Below the pieces are notes generated by a model. It was given only the letters and a program-made list of their open reading frames with translations. It searched no databases and was not told where the DNA came from. Position numbers and translations under genes: made by a program. From Gemmatimonadota bacterium (GTDB lineage: Bacteria > Gemmatimonadota > Gemmatimonadetes > Gemmatimonadales > GWC2-71-9): a DNA stretch of 59,592 nt. Positions 17,061 to 27,236 of the stretch are shown piece by piece (position 1 is the first letter of the stretch; each line of letters begins with the position of its first letter). Where the stretch lies: contig JAZDCZ010000244.1 of NCBI GenBank assembly GCA_036679605.1, forward strand, positions 1-59,592, given 5' to 3'.

Positions 17061-18706
17061 CGGACAACAATCCCACGCCACCTGAGCCCGAGGCGGGGAT
17101 GATCTGCGAGCTATGCAAGACCCCCATTCCGGCCAATAGCCGGTTCTGCCTGCAGTGCGGGGCGGACACCTCAGACCCGGGTACGGGATCACGGGCCCAA
17201 GTGGGGTCCTCTTTCGATCTGTTCAGTCAGCTCAAGGCAGCTGTTGTCGAGCGCTATGAGCTAAAAGAGTTGTTGGGTAGGGGAGGGATGGGTGCCGTGT
17301 TCCTGGCTGTCGATCGCAAGCTCGATCGTCAGGTGGCGATCAAGGTGTTGCCGCCAGAGCTTTCCCACGACGAAAACGTGGTCGAGCGGTTCGAGCGCGA
17401 GGCTCGAACGGCCGCCAAGTTGGATCACAACAATATCATCCCGATCTATTCGGTCGAGAGCCATGGAGACTTCCACTACTTCGTCATGAAGTATGTGGAG
17501 GGTCGAAGTTTGGAGGAGATCCTGGACGCCGGCCCCATGCCGGTCGAGCTGGCGCAGCGTATCATATGGGACGCGGCATGTGCTCTGGGTCATGCACACC
17601 AGCGCGGCATAGTGCATCGAGACATCAAACCGGCCAACATAATGATCGACGATGAAGGCCGTACCATGCTAGCCGATTTCGGGATCTCGAAGGCGATCGA
17701 GTCCGCTACTCAGCAGCTAACGGCGACGGGACAGGTGGTGGGCACGCCGCACTACATGAGTCCGGAACAGGGAAAGGGTGTGGAGGTCGATGGACGCAGC
17801 GACCAATACTCGCTGGCGGTTGTCGCTTATCTCATGCTGACCAATGTTCTGCCGGTCGACGAAAGCTCAGTTCACGCGGTGCTCTACAAGAAGATCTTCG
17901 AGGATCCCACTCGCATCGAAGAGTTGCGGCAAGACGTTCCCGGCTACCTCGTTGAAGCCGTTCACACTGCACTCAGCCGCGATGCCGAGAGCCGCTTCTC
18001 CACAATGGAACAATTCGCCACCGCCATCTGGCCCGAGAATCCGGTCGGCGTGCCCACCGCGACCGGGGGACCCGGTCGTCCGAGCAGGAGCCCGATCGAG
18101 GGCGAAACTCAAATCGCACTGATCATCGGCGAGCAGCGACGATCGCGCAAAGGAATCGTGGCGGCAGTGACGGTCATTGTGCTAGCCGGATCGGCCGCGG
18201 CAGCGGGCTTGTACCTCAACAACCGCCAAGACCAGGTCGCGGTTGCTCAGGTAACGGCTCCGGATTCGGAACGACCCATCTCAACGCAGCCGAAGCCGCA
18301 GCAACGCGCGGAATCGGTTGCGGTCGACACCAATTCAAATGCCGACCAGCAGAAGGAAACTCCGCCACCCCCGGCCGAGACAGTCGCCGCCACCAGAACG
18401 ACGCCTCCTCGAGGTCGCGGCAATGCTAATGCCCGCGGCAACACTAATCGCCAAGGCAATCCGCCGGTTCAGCGTCCCGCCCCGCCGAGAGTCGGTTATG
18501 TATCCATCAATGCGACACCATGGGGCAAAGTGTGGATCGACGGCACCGAGATCCAGGATACGCCGCTTGCAAAGTATGAGCTTCCGGTCGGCCGCCATAT
18601 TGTGGAAGTGAGGCGTGAAGGTTACCAGACCGTGGTAGACACGATCATGGTCACGGCCGGTAGTGTAATCAGGCGACGAAAGACTCTCCTGAAAGAGCAA
18701 CCATGA
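17057..18706 (+). CDS. Ser/Thr protein kinase with N-terminal zinc ribbon, one TM helix and C-terminal PEGA domain
   Basis: CELC/CLQC; LGRGGMG, HRDIKPAN, DFG; TM GIVAAVTVIVLAG; INATPWGKVWIDG...TPL...LPVGRH...REGY. Confidence 0.92.
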   Translation: MTDNNPTPPEPEAGMICELCKTPIPANSRFCLQCGADTSDPGTGSRAQVGSSFDLFSQLKAAVVERYELKELLGRGGMGAVFLAVDRKLDRQVAIKVLPPELSHDENVVERFEREARTAAKLDHNNIIPIYSVESHGDFHYFVMKYVEGRSLEEILDAGPMPVELAQRIIWDAACALGHAHQRGIVHRDIKPANIMIDDEGRTMLADFGISKAIESATQQLTATGQVVGTPHYMSPEQGKGVEVDGRSDQYSLAVVAYLMLTNVLPVDESSVHAVLYKKIFEDPTRIEELRQDVPGYLVEAVHTALSRDAESRFSTMEQFATAIWPENPVGVPTATGGPGRPSRSPIEGETQIALIIGEQRRSRKGIVAAVTVIVLAGSAAAAGLYLNNRQDQVAVAQVTAPDSERPISTQPKPQQRAESVAVDTNSNADQQKETPPPPAETVAATRTTPPRGRGNANARGNTNRQGNPPVQRPAPPRVGYVSINATPWGKVWIDGTEIQDTPLAKYELPVGRHIVEVRREGYQTVVDTIMVTAGSVIRRRKTLLKEQP

Positions 18707-19719
18707 ATAGAACTCCGATTTGCCTTGCGTTGATGCTCCTCGTTGTGACAACGGCGGTACTGGCGCAGCAGAACCCGACCGTTATACGTGCACGGCAGGC
18801 GTATGATGCGCTGGAGTTCGAGGCCGCCATTCGCAATGCGAAAGCGGCACTTACCGAGCAATTGAGTGAAGCGGACCGTGTCAATGCGTACGAGCTACTC
18901 GGGTTCTCCTACGGGGCCCTCGATTCGGCGCGGCAGGCGGTAGAGAACTTCCGAGAGTTGATCTTCTTGGATCCCGATCGCGAGCCCGATGTAACCCAAG
19001 TATCGCCCCGCATCACCTCGCTGTACGCCTCGGCACTCGGTCAGGTGCTCGTGGTGCGGCGATTGAGAATCGACAGCGTTTCGTTCGTTGCCGGAGCGGG
19101 TGAGGTGGACATCAGGTTTCAGCTTTCGCGGCCGGCACGTGCGATCGGTCGGGTGGTGGGACCGGGGTACGACATCGTGGTAGACTCGCAGCTGGTTGCC
19201 GGGACCGCCAGGTTCGAATGGAACGCACTGGACGGGGCGGGCAATCCTGTTCCAGCCGGCTCCTACCAGATCATAGTCAGAGCGGTGGAAAGCGGCAACG
19301 AATTCTCGGCGCCGCTGAGTGTTACCGTCACTCACGCGTCGGTCGATACGCTGAACCATCTGTTGAGCCTCCCGGGCTACACCGAGCTGCCCGAGACCGA
19401 GACGCCGCCGCGAAGTTTCCGACCGTTCGGAATAGCCGCGCTATATGCCGGCCTCAGTTCGGGCGCAGCTCTGGCGCTGCAGAACAGTGATCTCAACGGA
19501 GCCAATCGCGAGATCATTGGGGTGAGCGTCGTAGCACTCGCTACGGGCTTCATCATGAGTCTCAAGAAACCCGATCCGCGGCCGGTCCCGGCCAACATCA
19601 GGTACAACCAATTGTTGAGAGATGATCTGCTGCGTCGGAACGAAGAGATCCTGCGGCAGAACAACGAGCGCCGCCGCGAGGTCTTGCTTACGATCACAGC
19701 GACCACCGGCGGTCGATGA
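18703..19719 (+). CDS. exported protein with TPR-like N-terminus, FlgD-like Ig domain and C-terminal hydrophobic helices
   Basis: Signal peptide ...VLA-QQ; FEWNALDGAGNPVPAGSY FlgD-type motif; ATGA overlaps on both sides. Confidence 0.7.
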   Translation: MNRTPICLALMLLVVTTAVLAQQNPTVIRARQAYDALEFEAAIRNAKAALTEQLSEADRVNAYELLGFSYGALDSARQAVENFRELIFLDPDREPDVTQVSPRITSLYASALGQVLVVRRLRIDSVSFVAGAGEVDIRFQLSRPARAIGRVVGPGYDIVVDSQLVAGTARFEWNALDGAGNPVPAGSYQIIVRAVESGNEFSAPLSVTVTHASVDTLNHLLSLPGYTELPETETPPRSFRPFGIAALYAGLSSGAALALQNSDLNGANREIIGVSVVALATGFIMSLKKPDPRPVPANIRYNQLLRDDLLRRNEEILRQNNERRREVLLTITATTGGR

Positions 19720-20342
19720 GACTCCTGTTCGTCGTCCCCGCCCTAGTCCTGTTCGTCGTCGGCCCGGTCGAAGCCCAGACCTTCCGGTGGGGAGTTCACT
19801 CAGTGGCCATGACCTACAAAGACCAAACCGAGGATCGCGAGGCAGATGGAGTGGGTATTGGCGGAGTTGTGGCGCTTCAGGTGGGCAGGTTTGGTATCGA
19901 GGCAACGGGCTGGCACGTCAATCTCGATCCCGACGCTTCCGATCTGCAGTCGTTCGACATGCTGCAGGGGGATCTTCGGGTCAGTTTCCTCGTCGCTTCT
20001 GGTGTCGCGTTGGAAGTTGGAGCCGGGAGGCGCAACATCGATCCTGAGTTTGCCACACAGGACGTCGGGTACGGAAGGATTGGCATCCTCTCGGAGCGTC
20101 CCCTCGCCAGCATTGCCCGCATTAGGGTCCGTGGCGCGTATCTGATCGCACCCAGCTTCAATGGCGGAGGCGACGCAAACTTCTCACTCGAGATTGGCAT
20201 GGGAGTGACGATAGGCACTCCCAACGGTCGATTGCGTTTCCGGGCGGAGTCAGAGTTCCAGCGGATGGACCGTGAGGTAAACGATGTTGAGGTTCCCATC
20301 CAAGTGACCCTGGTCAAGTTGGGAGTCGAGTTGGGCTTCTAG
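19716..20342 (+). CDS. outer-membrane beta-barrel protein
   Basis: Signal peptide ...VEA-Q; alternating amphipathic strands; C-terminal ...LGVELGF. Confidence 0.7.
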   Translation: MRLLFVVPALVLFVVGPVEAQTFRWGVHSVAMTYKDQTEDREADGVGIGGVVALQVGRFGIEATGWHVNLDPDASDLQSFDMLQGDLRVSFLVASGVALEVGAGRRNIDPEFATQDVGYGRIGILSERPLASIARIRVRGAYLIAPSFNGGGDANFSLEIGMGVTIGTPNGRLRFRAESEFQRMDREVNDVEVPIQVTLVKLGVELGF

Positions 20343-20351
20343 GTAAGCCGG

Positions 20352-20380
20352 TGCAACCTTTTCTCGTCCTGGCACGTCTA
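20352..20380 (+). promoter_or_regulatory. ECF sigma-factor promoter (TGCAAC-N17-CGTC)
   Basis: AAC -35 and CGT -10 motifs typical of ECF promoters, directly upstream of a DUF4097 gene. Confidence 0.55.
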
Positions 20381-20413
20381 ATCAAGTACATATCTGCCGC
20401 TCTGGAGTAAGTC

Positions 20414-21235
20414 ATGAACATCAGATCATACTTGATACCGATTGCAGTGCTTGGTGCCGGGATCGCGTGGCTGGGTACGCCGAGCGAGGCCCACTACGAA
20501 GCGGCGGTGCAGCGCGATGCGTGCGACGATCGAGGACGCTCATCCAGAGGAAGCTCCCTCTGTGAGATACGTGAGTTCACGTTGGAGTCCTCCGGCGATC
20601 TACGGGTGGATGCTGGCCCCAACGGCGGGATCCGCGTGGAGGGCTCAGATCGCAAAGATATCTTGGTGACTGCAAGGGTCCAGGTGCGTGGGCGCAATGA
20701 TGAATCGATTCGCGCGCTGGCTTCGGAGATCAGGATCAGGGCGGCGAACGGCGCGATCAGTGCGGACGGCCCCCGTTCGAGCGGGCGCCAGTCCTGGAGT
20801 GTGAGCTACGAGGTGTTGGTGCCCGTGCGTTACGACCTGACGCTTCAGACGACTAACGGTGGGATCTCGATTGATGACGTGTACGGCGCGATTGATTTTC
20901 AGGCTACGAACGGAGGGGTGTCGCTAAGCGACCTTAGGGGTGATGTGCATGGCAGAACTGTCAACGGTGGGCTGACCGTAAGGCTGAATGGTGATGCGTG
21001 GGTCGGTGAGGGGGGGCTGGATGTGGCCACTACCAACGGGAGCGTCTCACTCGAAGTCCCACAAGGGTACAACGCTCAACTGGAGGCTGGTACGGTCCAT
21101 GGACGGGTCACGACAGATGTCCCTCTCACGGTGCAGGGGCGATTGGGCAAGCGGATTAAGGTTGAACTAGGGCACGGCGGAGCAATGGTCAGGGTTCTTA
21201 CGGTGAATGGGGCGGTGCGTATCAAGCGCTGGTAG
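20414..21235 (+). CDS. DUF4097-family beta-strand repeat protein (exported)
   Basis: Repeated T.NGG(I/V/L) motifs; signal peptide. Confidence 0.88.
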   Translation: MNIRSYLIPIAVLGAGIAWLGTPSEAHYEAAVQRDACDDRGRSSRGSSLCEIREFTLESSGDLRVDAGPNGGIRVEGSDRKDILVTARVQVRGRNDESIRALASEIRIRAANGAISADGPRSSGRQSWSVSYEVLVPVRYDLTLQTTNGGISIDDVYGAIDFQATNGGVSLSDLRGDVHGRTVNGGLTVRLNGDAWVGEGGLDVATTNGSVSLEVPQGYNAQLEAGTVHGRVTTDVPLTVQGRLGKRIKVELGHGGAMVRVLTVNGAVRIKRW

Positions 21236-21240
21236 TTGCC

Positions 21241-21621
21241 TTAGAGTACGTCTTCCCAACCCACTGATCGGCGCAGTAGCTGGTCTATCTTCTTTATCAT
21301 ATCCTGGTTGTCGATGGGCTTGGTGAGAGTTGCCCTCGCCCCATATTCTTCGGCCATCGGTAGGTTCTCCGGATCGGCCCCCGTCATCGCGATGATGCGG
21401 GCATCGTGATATTCGTTGTGCAGCTCCTTGATAGTGCGGAGCCCGTTCTTGACGGGCATGGCGAGATCCACGAGGACGACATCGAAGGGCGCTTTTCTGT
21501 AGAATTCGAGACCCACCTCGCCGTCGGGCGCGAACGAGACCTCATGGCCTTCCGCCTGTAGAATCTCTCCTAGGGTGAGGCGGATGGCTTGGTCGTCATC
21601 TACCACTAATATTCTTGCCAT
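21241..21621 (-). CDS. single-domain response regulator (receiver)
   Basis: ILVVDDD, DLAMP, KP motifs. Confidence 0.92.
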   Translation of the reverse strand: MARILVVDDDQAIRLTLGEILQAEGHEVSFAPDGEVGLEFYRKAPFDVVLVDLAMPVKNGLRTIKELHNEYHDARIIAMTGADPENLPMAEEYGARATLTKPIDNQDMIKKIDQLLRRSVGWEDVL

Positions 21622-21815
21622 AACGCTTCTCCACCAGTTTATGTGGGGACCACACCCGACATTCTACATGGTTAAGCTATGCAAGCACCGCGGTCAATAT
21701 CGAATCACCTGCAAATCCACATAGAGCCCGAATCTTCGCATCCGAATAACGCGAGTTGGTGGTCCAAACTCATGAACTATCATCCCCACCATCTCGGGCG
21801 TATCTTTCGCCCCCC

Positions 21816-22874
21816 ATGAAATCTCTCATCGAGCAGTGGTCCGGCGAATCCGTCATCGTTTCATACGACCAGCCAACCGGAACGTGGATTTTCATCGCGA
21901 TTCACAGCACCACCCTTGGAAGAGCGCTGGGCGGATGTCGCATGAGGGTGTACGAGACACCGGAGGACGGTTTGCTCGATGCCATGCGACTAGCGGAGGG
22001 GATGACGTACAAATGGGCCACCATAGGGTTTGAGTTTGGGGGTGGAAAGTCGGTATTGGCGATACCGGGCCCGATGGATCCGCCGGTTAGAGAGGGTTTG
22101 CTCCGCAGGTTCGGGCGATTGGTCGAGTCGCTTCATGGTACGTATTCGGCGGGCGAGGATCTGGGTACGACTCCCGAGGACATGGCTATAGTGGCCGAGG
22201 AGACTCAGTGGGTGAAGGGATCGCGCGAAGATGGAACCCGCGCGATCGATCCGGGGCCTTACACGGCTTTGGGGGTATTTGTGGGCATTCGAGCGGCGGC
22301 CCGAAAAGTGTTTGGGAGCGATGATCTCACAGGTCGGACTGTCTTGGTCCAAGGAGTCGGTGATGTCGGAGAGCCGCTGGCGCGCCGACTCAAAAGTGCC
22401 GGTGCCGAAATTGTTGTGTGCGATCTAGATGAAGCATTGGCGCGTAGAGTTGCGACGGAACTGGAGGGAGAGACGGTAGAGCCCCATCTTGCCTACGCAC
22501 GTACGTGCGATATTTACGCCCCTTGTTCTGTTGGTGCCACCCTGAACAAGGAGACAATCCCGCAGTTGCACTGCCGGATTGTTGCAGGTTCGGCCAACAA
22601 TCAGTTGGCCCAACTTGGTCATGCTGAGCTGCTGCACCAGAGGGGCATCCTCTTTGCTCCCGACTACGTTGTAAACGCAGGCGGGGCGATAGCCCTACCG
22701 TTGCTTGATGCCGGGGACCACACCGAGGAGCAGATTCGGGCCAGAATCTGCAACATCGAATCCGTTCTCACTGAGATATTTGATGAGGCTGATCGTAGCC
22801 ACGAGTCGCCGGCGCATACCGCACGTCGCTTGGCCGATCGAGTGCTCGAACGAAGTAAACCGGCACCATCTTAG
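21816..22874 (+). CDS. Leu/Phe/Val dehydrogenase
   Basis: LGRALGGCR, GMTYK, GGGKSV, GEDLG, VQGVGDVG, GSANNQL, PDYVVNAGG. Confidence 0.92.
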   Translation: MKSLIEQWSGESVIVSYDQPTGTWIFIAIHSTTLGRALGGCRMRVYETPEDGLLDAMRLAEGMTYKWATIGFEFGGGKSVLAIPGPMDPPVREGLLRRFGRLVESLHGTYSAGEDLGTTPEDMAIVAEETQWVKGSREDGTRAIDPGPYTALGVFVGIRAAARKVFGSDDLTGRTVLVQGVGDVGEPLARRLKSAGAEIVVCDLDEALARRVATELEGETVEPHLAYARTCDIYAPCSVGATLNKETIPQLHCRIVAGSANNQLAQLGHAELLHQRGILFAPDYVVNAGGAIALPLLDAGDHTEEQIRARICNIESVLTEIFDEADRSHESPAHTARRLADRVLERSKPAPS

Positions 22875-25800
22875 AATCCAGGCGTGATGTTGAACTGAAC
22901 ATGCGTACCCTTTGACCGCTGGAACGGATGGACTACGTCGGCTCCAAGAATGAAGTATCCGAAAACGTTGAATCGGAACGAGACCCCCGTACTGTAGACC
23001 GGCTCGCGGTCGCCGCCCAGGAAAAACGCTCTCTCGTCGACGTTGGGTGAGTCGGTCAGGTCGCTGGTCCACGCTAGGCCAGCGTCAAAGAAGATACCGG
23101 TCTCGAGCGGCAGGAACCCAAACGCGTTGTCTCCGAGCCCCAGCACTCCTAACGGGGGGAAACGCAACTCGAAGTTGGCAACTAATATCTTGGATCCGAG
23201 CAATTGATCAAAGGTCGTGCAGTTACCGTCGGCGTCAAAGTTACACTCGCCCGCCTCGAACGACGAAATGTCGTATCCGCGTACCAGGTTGGGCCATCCA
23301 ATGAACAGTGGCTGCAGTCTAGAGTCCTCGTTGTCCTGCCCGTAGCGGCCGAAATGCATGACGCGCGCGGCGAAAGTGAACGGTCTTACCGGCATCACGT
23401 ATTTTCGGAGATCTACCAAAGCTGTCCAAAGGTTGAGCGAACCGACCGTGGGTGCGACTTCGATGCGGTGTCGCTGGCCCATGATGGGGCTTGCGATTCC
23501 GTACAGCGAATTGTCGTAGACAAACGCCGCGCTTGCCTGACCGAGATTCAGTGGGTCCGGTCGGCACAGCTGCCCGCCAAAACTCGACAGTCCCCCGCTA
23601 CCATCAGTGCAGTCTGGGAGGCTCCGTGTCCCGTCAGCCAGGACCTGTCCGGTGCTCGTCGAAAAAACCCGCTCCTCGACCTCGAAATCATAGCTGAGGT
23701 TCATCAAGCCTCCTGTCAGTTCCAATCTTGCAACTCGACTGAGTGGATACGAAAGCAGGCCTCCGACACTACGGCTGATTTGCCGCAGCCGGAACCGCTG
23801 ATCGATCACCACCGTCTGTCCGGTATTCTGATCGGTCGCAAACAGAGATTGGAACGCGAGTGTCGAGAACGATAACTGTTGTGCCTGCACGCCCCAATTG
23901 AGCCGGTTTACTTGGTTGGTGTAGGTCGCTCCGACCGAGATGTCCTTGGGGCCGCCGTTGATCTGGAAAAATGTGCCCAAGTTGTGCCCGCCCAGCACAT
24001 CGCTGAAAAACAGTGACGCGCCTCCGCCTATGAACGTGCCGAACGAGTTGGCCCCGGCGACCAAGTACGGCTGGCCAACGTAGTCGAGTCCCAATCCAGC
24101 GTGATAGCCATCGTTCGAGTAAGTCGAATCTTGCGGTAGCCCGAAGAATGGGTTGTCAAGCAATGCGACCACGTCATCACTAACGCGATCAACAGGCGGA
24201 AGCATCCCCGGATCTATAGCTGCGTACTCCTCGATCACCGGTGCTCCGAATAGAATGTCGGGATCATCTATGCGATAAATGCTGATGGCCCCGCCGAGGA
24301 ACACGCTGACCGTCATTTCGCCGGTCTGAGAGGCCACGGACATTGCCGGACTGAGCGGAGCGATTCCCGCAATTCCCGTGAAAAGGTTGGTTACCTGCAG
24401 AAGCTCGCCCGTCTCCATGTCTCGGCGATATACGTTAGAGATCCCGTTCTGGTCGCTGATGAAGTAAAGGCTCTTGCCATCGGGTGACCATTGGGGATTG
24501 ATGTGCTTGCCCTTCTCGAAGGCAGGTATCTCTCTAACCGCGCCGGTTCTTGGATTCAAACTCGCCAGCGTATAGTTTCCGTACATCAAACTGGATAGCC
24601 CGGTGGTGAAACGATCTGTTACAAAAGCGATCTGCTCGCCATCGGGCGACCACACTGGGTGCATGTCGCCGTACGCGTCATTGGTGAGTCTTCTGAGACT
24701 ACTTTCCTCCAAGTCATATATGAATAGGTCGGAGAGACCACCGACCAGGGCAGAGAATACGATGTAGCGGCCGTCCGGTGACCAAGACGGGTTGTATATC
24801 TCACCGAGGTCCTTGAATATCTCTTCTCTCACAATCTTGTTCCGGCCGGTCTCCATGATGGAGATGGTTGGATTCCCCTTCCTCACCGCGGCAAAAACGA
24901 ACCGATCTCCCTGGTAGCTCCACGCCCCAGCCGAGTTCACGAACTGCAGGCCTTCAAAGTGGGGATCCAACGCAGCCTTTACGATCTTGCGTTCGACCTT
25001 TCCTGTGCGCGCATCGGAAAGGAACATCTCGATTGCAAACAAGTCCTTTTCGGACAGGTACACGACCCGGTTACCGTCCGGACTGATAGCGGGCGCGATA
25101 TTGAATTTCCCGCTTCCGCTAGCCTCGCCCAGAACAGGGGTGCCAAAGGCGGATGCTCGATCGGTCTGACTAACCAACGGTTCCGCCGCAGAGCGCATCT
25201 CGTCGTACCACTGCGAGAAGAGTGCCGACGGCGAAACTCGCAGCACCCGCTGAAAGGCTGCTGCAACACTCGGGGTGGTGCGTACCGATTTGAGAATACG
25301 CCCGATTACGTCATCGCCCCAGCGTCCTCCTATATATGCCCAGAGCGCCTGACCGTGTTGGTACGGGTGCAAAAACCGCGGATCGGTGATTTCCTCCGGT
25401 GGCTTGTCCTGAGAGACCAGTGCCCGTATCCACATGGATGTCTCCGCGTCAACCGGCCCCACGGAGAGGTACTCGGCCATACCCTCAATGAACCAGAGCG
25501 GCATCCTCAGGGCGCCTGGAACCCCGGAGATCAAAGTTCCTCCACCCGCGCCCGTGATATCGAACTGAAACGCGTGCACCAATTCGTGGCCGATGACGTG
25601 GTCGGTTTCCTTCAGCGGCCCCAACATTGGCAAAACAATGCGGCGCTTGAAGACTTCCGTGACTCCTTGTGTACCTTCGTCTTGTGTGCCCTGTAGCGCG
25701 TTGGTCTGCTCAAAATGGGGGTGAGAGGCATAAACGATAAGCTTCTGACGGTTGCTTAGTTCGTGGTCGAGCAGCCGAGAGATTCGTGAATACCAGCGTT

Positions 25801-26005
25801 CGGCCATAAGCGCCACGTACTCGACCTCCACTTCAGGATAGTAGTGGATGTCGAAGTGCTCAGTCTTTAGTACTTTGAAATCGAAATTGTCGTACTGGAC
25901 TTTGTTACGACCAAAATATTGGGCCTCTGCGGCTGGTGCTGAGAGCGCCAAAGCGCCTCCAGCGGCCAACAGAGCTACTACCCACGGGCGAGATAACGGT
26001 CCCAT
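22871..26005 (-). CDS. zinc peptidase (MA-like) + PD40/TolB propeller + Omp85/BamA-type beta-barrel fusion
   Basis: QYFGRNKVQY, HELVH...WFIEGMAEY, repeated P.WSPDG, VRGY, C-terminal F; AGGAGG RBS before ATG 26005. Confidence 0.88.
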   Translation of the reverse strand: MGPLSRPWVVALLAAGGALALSAPAAEAQYFGRNKVQYDNFDFKVLKTEHFDIHYYPEVEVEYVALMAERWYSRISRLLDHELSNRQKLIVYASHPHFEQTNALQGTQDEGTQGVTEVFKRRIVLPMLGPLKETDHVIGHELVHAFQFDITGAGGGTLISGVPGALRMPLWFIEGMAEYLSVGPVDAETSMWIRALVSQDKPPEEITDPRFLHPYQHGQALWAYIGGRWGDDVIGRILKSVRTTPSVAAAFQRVLRVSPSALFSQWYDEMRSAAEPLVSQTDRASAFGTPVLGEASGSGKFNIAPAISPDGNRVVYLSEKDLFAIEMFLSDARTGKVERKIVKAALDPHFEGLQFVNSAGAWSYQGDRFVFAAVRKGNPTISIMETGRNKIVREEIFKDLGEIYNPSWSPDGRYIVFSALVGGLSDLFIYDLEESSLRRLTNDAYGDMHPVWSPDGEQIAFVTDRFTTGLSSLMYGNYTLASLNPRTGAVREIPAFEKGKHINPQWSPDGKSLYFISDQNGISNVYRRDMETGELLQVTNLFTGIAGIAPLSPAMSVASQTGEMTVSVFLGGAISIYRIDDPDILFGAPVIEEYAAIDPGMLPPVDRVSDDVVALLDNPFFGLPQDSTYSNDGYHAGLGLDYVGQPYLVAGANSFGTFIGGGASLFFSDVLGGHNLGTFFQINGGPKDISVGATYTNQVNRLNWGVQAQQLSFSTLAFQSLFATDQNTGQTVVIDQRFRLRQISRSVGGLLSYPLSRVARLELTGGLMNLSYDFEVEERVFSTSTGQVLADGTRSLPDCTDGSGGLSSFGGQLCRPDPLNLGQASAAFVYDNSLYGIASPIMGQRHRIEVAPTVGSLNLWTALVDLRKYVMPVRPFTFAARVMHFGRYGQDNEDSRLQPLFIGWPNLVRGYDISSFEAGECNFDADGNCTTFDQLLGSKILVANFELRFPPLGVLGLGDNAFGFLPLETGIFFDAGLAWTSDLTDSPNVDERAFFLGGDREPVYSTGVSFRFNVFGYFILGADVVHPFQRSKGTHVQFNITPGF

Positions 26006-26216
26006 AGAACGCCCCTCCTGGGCACGGTTTACTGACATTCGCAGATCATGCGTGACTCCCTGCAACTCTCTAGACTAAGACAGCTGGGAGTAGCTAAATG
26101 TTCCAAGGAGTCCGTTGCCGCTATGAACTTTGAGTCTAACCCCCCGTCCTAAGGACAGTAAGACCTGCGTCGAGGTGCAGGCAGGTTCCCGTTTGTGGTA
26201 TTAATTTCTGTCCACG

Positions 26217-27224
26217 ATGAACGTCAATACATTTCGGCCCGCTTGGTGGTTGAGGGGGCCTCACGCCCAGACACTAGGGGCGAGGATGCTACGCTCTCGG
26301 TCCGGGATCGCGCTGCGACGTGAACGGATCGAGCTGTCCGATGGAGACTTCCTCGACCTCGATTGGGCAGATGAAAAGGTTGACGGCGCAACTGCCACGA
26401 GGCCTTTGGTGGTGGTCTTGCATGGGCTCGAGGGATGCGCCCAATCGAAATATGCGATCGAACTGTACCGCGCCCTGCGCGCACACAACATTGGTGCAGT
26501 GGGTCTCAATTTCCGATCTTGCAGCGGCGAACCCAACCGTCTGGCCCGCATGTACCACTCGGGCGAGACTGAGGATATCGCCACCATACTGGAGGTGGTT
26601 GCAGACCGCTGTGGGAAACAGCCTCTCGGTGTGGTGGGGGTCTCTTTGGGAGGCAACGCCCTGCTCAAACATCTCGGTGAGAAAGGTGGAACGGGCCGGG
26701 TCAGAGCTACTGCAGCCGTAGCCATCTCTGTTCCCTACGACCTGGCCGCTGGATCGGAGCGTATCGAGCAGGGATTCTCAAGATTCTACCGCAGGTATCT
26801 AATCGGGCGTCTGAGGAGAAAGGTTCTCGCTAAGTCTCAGATACTGGATGCGCACATCGATGTTTCAGGAGCATTGCGAGCACGTACTTTTCGCGAGTTC
26901 GACGAGGTGGCAACTGCACCGCTACATGGCTTTCGGGATGCCGACGACTACTACGCTCAGTCCAGCTCGACCGGCTTCATTGGCCGGATCGATATCCCAA
27001 CGCTCTTGATTCATTCACGGGACGATCCGTTTCTACCATCTGCGGCACTCCCGATCGAGCAGGCAGAGGGAAACCCTCTTGTTGAAGTGGCGATTTCGGA
27101 ACAAGGTGGCCACATGGGATTTGTGTCGGGCCAGCCGTGGGCGCCGGTTTTCTGGGCAGAGCAGAGAGCCGCTCGATTCCTGGCTGATGTGTTCAGCCGG
27201 AATCACCGAAAGCCCCAGCTCTAG
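26217..27224 (+). CDS. YheT-family alpha/beta hydrolase
   Basis: H.QT, DGDFLDLDW, HGLEG, GVSLGG, DDPF, GGHMGF. Confidence 0.9.
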   Translation: MNVNTFRPAWWLRGPHAQTLGARMLRSRSGIALRRERIELSDGDFLDLDWADEKVDGATATRPLVVVLHGLEGCAQSKYAIELYRALRAHNIGAVGLNFRSCSGEPNRLARMYHSGETEDIATILEVVADRCGKQPLGVVGVSLGGNALLKHLGEKGGTGRVRATAAVAISVPYDLAAGSERIEQGFSRFYRRYLIGRLRRKVLAKSQILDAHIDVSGALRARTFREFDEVATAPLHGFRDADDYYAQSSSTGFIGRIDIPTLLIHSRDDPFLPSAALPIEQAEGNPLVEVAISEQGGHMGFVSGQPWAPVFWAEQRAARFLADVFSRNHRKPQL

Positions 27225-27236
27225 GGCCGATACGCC

